DNA of 26,707 bases, taken from positions 1 to 26,707 of the IMG/VR virus record IMGVR_UViG_3300033516_000235. One strand, 5' to 3'. The DNA comes from a virus. Lineage: Duplodnaviria > Caudoviricetes. This document shows, piece by piece, positions 24,088 through 26,707 of the stretch. The notes under the pieces are model-generated. The model had not been told where the DNA came from, searched no databases, and saw only the letters and a list, made by a program, of their open reading frames with translations. Both the position numbers and the translations under genes were made by a program. Each line of letters begins with the position of its first letter. Position 1 is the stretch's first letter.

Positions 24088-24960
24088 TTAAGTTCGCCGC
24101 TTAGCAGCCGATTGTTGAATTCCACGAAGGAACTTTTCGACCCACTCAGAAGCCTGGTCATCGGAAAGCCCGAACGTGCGAATAGCGTAATTTTTAAAGT
24201 CACGACCAGCCGAGTGGTTGCGGATCGCTGCTGACAGGCGCTCGCGAAAGTCGAAATAGCTCTTGATTCCGGTATCGATTGATTGCGTGCCGAGGGCTGC
24301 GCCGCCGGTCAGCGCGCTGGCATCCGTGGCGTAGCTGGCTTCGAGCGCCTTGCCGAAGACAAAGCCGTTCAGCGACTTGGCGAAAACACCAAGAGGTGCA
24401 GTTGACGCAACGTCGAGCCCTGGATGTACCGGCCCGGTGCTGAGCGCCAGGTTGTTCCAGCGCGATTTCGTCACCACAGGGATCTTGTCGCCGGTGAGCG
24501 GGTCGATTCGAATTTCTCGGCCAAGCACGGCGCCGCCGACAGAGGCGTAGTAGCGCGCAGGCGGATTGAGCTTGGTCAGCCCGTCCCAAACGTTGTTGGC
24601 CTTGGCTGCCAGCGGCGTATCGCCAGAATAGAGCCGGGCCTTTACCAGAGTGGTATCGCCGGAGAATCGCACCTCGAGCGGCTGCCCGATGGCCCACTCT
24701 TCGGCGATCAAGCCGAAACGCTGCGCCACGCTGGGCATTGACTTGTGATCGAGGTCGAGTTGCCCGAACTTGATGAAATACTCGGCCGATTCCTTCAGCG
24801 CCTTGGCAAGTACAATCTCGCCCTCAATGTCCTTGGACTCTTTCGACGCCTCGACGTAGATGATTCGGCTATCGCCCTCGGTTGCCGGCGTAGCCTTCAT
24901 CATGGTTCCGAAAACCATGAAGTCGGGGATGGTGGATAGCAGTTGCTCGTCGTTCAGCAT
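24088..24960 (-). CDS. Prohead maturation protease (herpes/HK97-type fold)
   Basis: EAS.ES.D.EGE.V, G.LD.DH, IG.P, ASVGG, NLALS..PVH carry the His and Ser catalytic-type motifs; first gene of the head operon. Confidence 0.82.
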   Translation of the reverse strand: MLNDEQLLSTIPDFMVFGTMMKATPATEGDSRIIYVEASKESKDIEGEIVLAKALKESAEYFIKFGQLDLDHKSMPSVAQRFGLIAEEWAIGQPLEVRFSGDTTLVKARLYSGDTPLAAKANNVWDGLTKLNPPARYYASVGGAVLGREIRIDPLTGDKIPVVTKSRWNNLALSTGPVHPGLDVASTAPLGVFAKSLNGFVFGKALEASYATDASALTGGAALGTQSIDTGIKSYFDFRERLSAAIRNHSAGRDFKNYAIRTFGLSDDQASEWVEKFLRGIQQSAAKRRT

Positions 24961-24982
24961 GCCGCCATAGTGGCGTCACGAC
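24960..24982 (-). promoter_or_regulatory. Putative late promoter GTCGTGAC-GC-CACTAT-GGCGGC-ATG (leaderless)
   Basis: Motif copy; predicted +1 is the A of ATG 24960; no Shine-Dalgarno sequence present. Confidence 0.8.
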
Positions 24983-25018
24983 TGGCGGCACCGCCCCGCT
25001 AAATTGGTGATTTGCTTT

Positions 25019-25048
25019 TTGATAGCTATATAGCTATATTTCTATAAT
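25019..25048 (+). promoter_or_regulatory. Sigma70-type promoter of the par operon (TTGATA-N18-TATAAT)
   Basis: -35 at 25019-25024 and -10 at 25043-25048, overlapped by TAGCTA repeats. Confidence 0.7.
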
Positions 25049-25058
25049 ACTATCTATA
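25021..25058. repeat. AT-rich TAGCTA/CTAT repeat cluster; candidate centromere or operator
   Basis: GATAGCTATATAGCTATATTTCTATAATACTATCTATA; shares CTATATAGCTAT with the downstream cluster. Confidence 0.7.
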
Positions 25059-25070
25059 AGGCGGTCACCC

Positions 25071-25700
25071 ATGATCTACGCTGTTGTAAACACCAAGGGC
25101 GGCGTCGGAAAAACGACGACGGCGGTTCATCTGGCGACGATGCTTTCTGGGCTGGGGAAAACGCTATTGATCGACGGCGATCCGCAAGCGAGCGCGGCGA
25201 GTTGGGCCGCGTGGCGGCGCGACAACTCCGCCCTCGACCCGAGCCCGACCACTACATGCCTTTCAGGCAAGGCGATTCTTTCTGAAGGGAAACAGCTTGC
25301 AGCGGGTTTTTCTCACGTTGTCGTTGATGCCGGCGGGCGTGATTCGGCTGGCTTGCGTTCTGCGCTTCTTCTGGCTCAGGTTGCAATCATCCCTATCGGT
25401 GCGAGCAACCTCGACGCTGCGGCGCTGACCGATCTTCTTGAGATCGTTGAATTGTCGCGCGACTATAATCCGGGGCTTGATGTGCGCGTCTTGCTAAACC
25501 GAGTAGACCCACGAACCAAGGATGCGGGGGAAATGCTTGAATTCCTTGTCGAGCAAAAGCTGACGGTTCTACCGACCAAAATCTGTGAGCGAGTGGCCTA
25601 TAGGCGCTCCATCGGGGATGGATCTACCGTGAAAGAAGTTGGCAAAGACCAGGCGGCAATTGCCGAAATGAACGCCTTTTTCGGGGAAGTTTTGTCATGA
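25071..25700 (+). CDS. parA: Partition ATPase ParA (short type Ib / ParF-like)
   Basis: Deviant Walker A KGGVGKTT, LIDGDPQAS, VVVDAGG, LLNRVD, ERVAY; 209 aa with no N-terminal HTH. Confidence 0.95.
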   Translation: MIYAVVNTKGGVGKTTTAVHLATMLSGLGKTLLIDGDPQASAASWAAWRRDNSALDPSPTTTCLSGKAILSEGKQLAAGFSHVVVDAGGRDSAGLRSALLLAQVAIIPIGASNLDAAALTDLLEIVELSRDYNPGLDVRVLLNRVDPRTKDAGEMLEFLVEQKLTVLPTKICERVAYRRSIGDGSTVKEVGKDQAAIAEMNAFFGEVLS

Positions 25701-25951
25701 AGGCCAAACCCAACATTCGCGAGTTTCTTGATGGCGGTGCCGCCGACGTTGCCGACCGCTCTGCTCAGAAACCCGTTGCAGCCCCAGCAATCCAAGCAAA
25801 GACGCCTCGCGAGCAAAAGGTTTTTCGCCTACCACTTGATGTCATCCAAGACCTCAAGCGCGAAGCATACGAACGATCATTGGCGTCGGGTTCGCGTGTA
25901 ACAGAAACGGAATTGGTCGAGCAAGCACTAAGGGCGTTCTTTGCTAGATAG
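25697..25951 (+). CDS. Small centromere-binding partner (ParG-like ribbon-helix-helix)
   Basis: ATGA-coupled to parA; flexible N-terminus, then strand-helix-helix (KVFRLP.DV...LK..A...TETELVEQAL..F). Confidence 0.75.
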   Translation: MKAKPNIREFLDGGAADVADRSAQKPVAAPAIQAKTPREQKVFRLPLDVIQDLKREAYERSLASGSRVTETELVEQALRAFFAR

Positions 25952-25972
25952 CTACCTATATAGCTATCTATC
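25945..25972. repeat. Inverted repeat TAGATAGCTA-CCTATA-TAGCTATCTA; candidate centromere
   Basis: Perfect 10-bp inverted repeat (25945-25954 / 25961-25970) of the same motif family as the cluster upstream of parA. Confidence 0.7.
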
Positions 25973-26019
25973 AACCAAAAGCAGAGAATGCACTTTCGCC
26001 GGTCTAAGCGCCCCGTTTT

Positions 26020-26262
26020 CTAGCCCCTCGACAGCGCGCGCAGAAGCGCGCCCTTCTCCTTCGTTAGCGCCAGGTATTCATTCGCCGCGTCGCGGTCCAT
26101 GACGGCCTTTGGGCGCAGTTCTTCCAACCGCTTTACCACCTGATCGAAACGCGCTGATGCGCCGCTGGTGATGGCGTCGCCCTGCGCCTTGGTCTTAGCC
26201 AGCGCGCCGGCCGCTTGCCCGAGGCGCCGGCGAACATCGGCGGTATCCTGATCGTGGCTCAT
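26020..26262 (-). CDS. Hypothetical helical protein (80 aa)
   Basis: ATGA overlap with the upstream gene; GAGGA RBS. Confidence 0.7.
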   Translation of the reverse strand: MSHDQDTADVRRRLGQAAGALAKTKAQGDAITSGASARFDQVVKRLEELRPKAVMDRDAANEYLALTKEKGALLRALSRG

Positions 26263-26591
26263 AGCCCAATATCCTCGTCAAATAGCGTCACAGGTTCATT
26301 GTCCGGGCCGATGCTGGTCGCCCTGCCCATGTTGTTCTCGTAGTTCGCTCGCCAGGTCAGCAGCGCGTCGCGCATGGCATCGTCGAATGACTCGTAGTCC
26401 GGCATGCGCCCAACTACATCCGGCTGCTCATAGGCGCCAAGGATCGGCATGGCCGCCTGATCATAGTGGCGCTTCAAGAACGCCTTGACGAAGTACCAGA
26501 AGACGCCGAAGTCCCGGTACGCCTTGACATTGTTGTCGAGGACTTTACGGATATTGCCGGCGAGTTGTTCGGGCGAGAGCATGGCGGCCAT
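26259..26591 (-). CDS. Hypothetical protein (110 aa)
   Basis: TAATG coupling with the upstream gene; plausible globular composition. Confidence 0.75.
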   Translation of the reverse strand: MAAMLSPEQLAGNIRKVLDNNVKAYRDFGVFWYFVKAFLKRHYDQAAMPILGAYEQPDVVGRMPDYESFDDAMRDALLTWRANYENNMGRATSIGPDNEPVTLFDEDIGL

Positions 26592-26707
26592 TACGCGACC
26601 TTCCTTTCATTTTCGGCACGCTTTGATGCGAGCATTTCGGCCAGTCTATCGCGGACCGTCTGAGTCCGGTTTGTATCCCACTGACTGTTCGCCCCGATTG
26701 TTCCATA
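26591..26707 (-). CDS. 3' end of a CDS entering from the right edge (...RDRLAEMLASKRAENERKVA*)
   Basis: Open for 39 codons to TAA at 26593-26591, overlapping the next ATG. Confidence 0.6.
   Translation of the reverse strand, partial: YGTIGANSQWDTNRTQTVRDRLAEMLASKRAENERKVA

Larger units (their letters stand above)
1..26707 (-). mobile_element. Myovirus-type temperate phage / probable phage-plasmid, structural and lysis region
   Basis: Contiguous head, neck, lysis, tail, baseplate and fibre genes plus a plasmid-type partition cassette. Confidence 0.88.

Noticed and set aside
3311-24982. GTCACGAC copies as CRISPR repeats, recombination sites or M13 primer contamination
   Set aside because: The copies are dispersed, only 8 bp long, oriented with transcription and tied to a fixed -10-like spacing. 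The flanks do not match the M13 primer (CCCAGTCACGACGTT).
26633-26660. TAGACTGG on the minus strand resembling the late -10 hexamer
   Set aside because: No GTCGTGAC box at the required distance, and it lies within a coding region.

Overview
The window is the virion morphogenesis and lysis region of a GC-rich, contractile-tailed (myovirus-type) temperate phage, probably a phage-plasmid of a Gram-negative host. It is almost entirely on the minus strand. Read right to left it encodes: prohead protease, scaffold, major capsid, two small head proteins, neck protein, holin/SAR endolysin/spanins, neck and tail-completion proteins (one inverted), sheath, a two-gene plus-strand secreted-protein insertion, tube, frameshifted chaperones, tape measure with an SLT domain, hub, spike, PAAR, baseplate wedge and a tail fibre. 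A parA plus small DNA-binding partner cassette, flanked by AT-rich TAGCTA repeats, sits just upstream. From memory, capsid, sheath, tube, neck and chaperone resemble SPO1/Twort-like (Herelleviridae) proteins. Main observations: (1) seven copies of a rigidly spaced promoter-like element, GTCGTGAC-N2-YAnnnT-N6-A, with no recognisable -35 box, head every structural transcription unit, and four place an ATG exactly at the predicted +1; (2) the tail-fibre C-terminus looks like a diversity-generating-retroelement (DGR) variable region with a downstream repeat and hairpin; (3) the protease carries a copy of the capsid N-terminal arm, and the scaffold carries many K-S/K-A motifs; (4) there is a candidate +1 frameshift at TTT-CGA; (5) an RBS-sequestering hairpin overlaps the tube promoter. 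All product calls come from motif recognition and gene order; no database searches were run.
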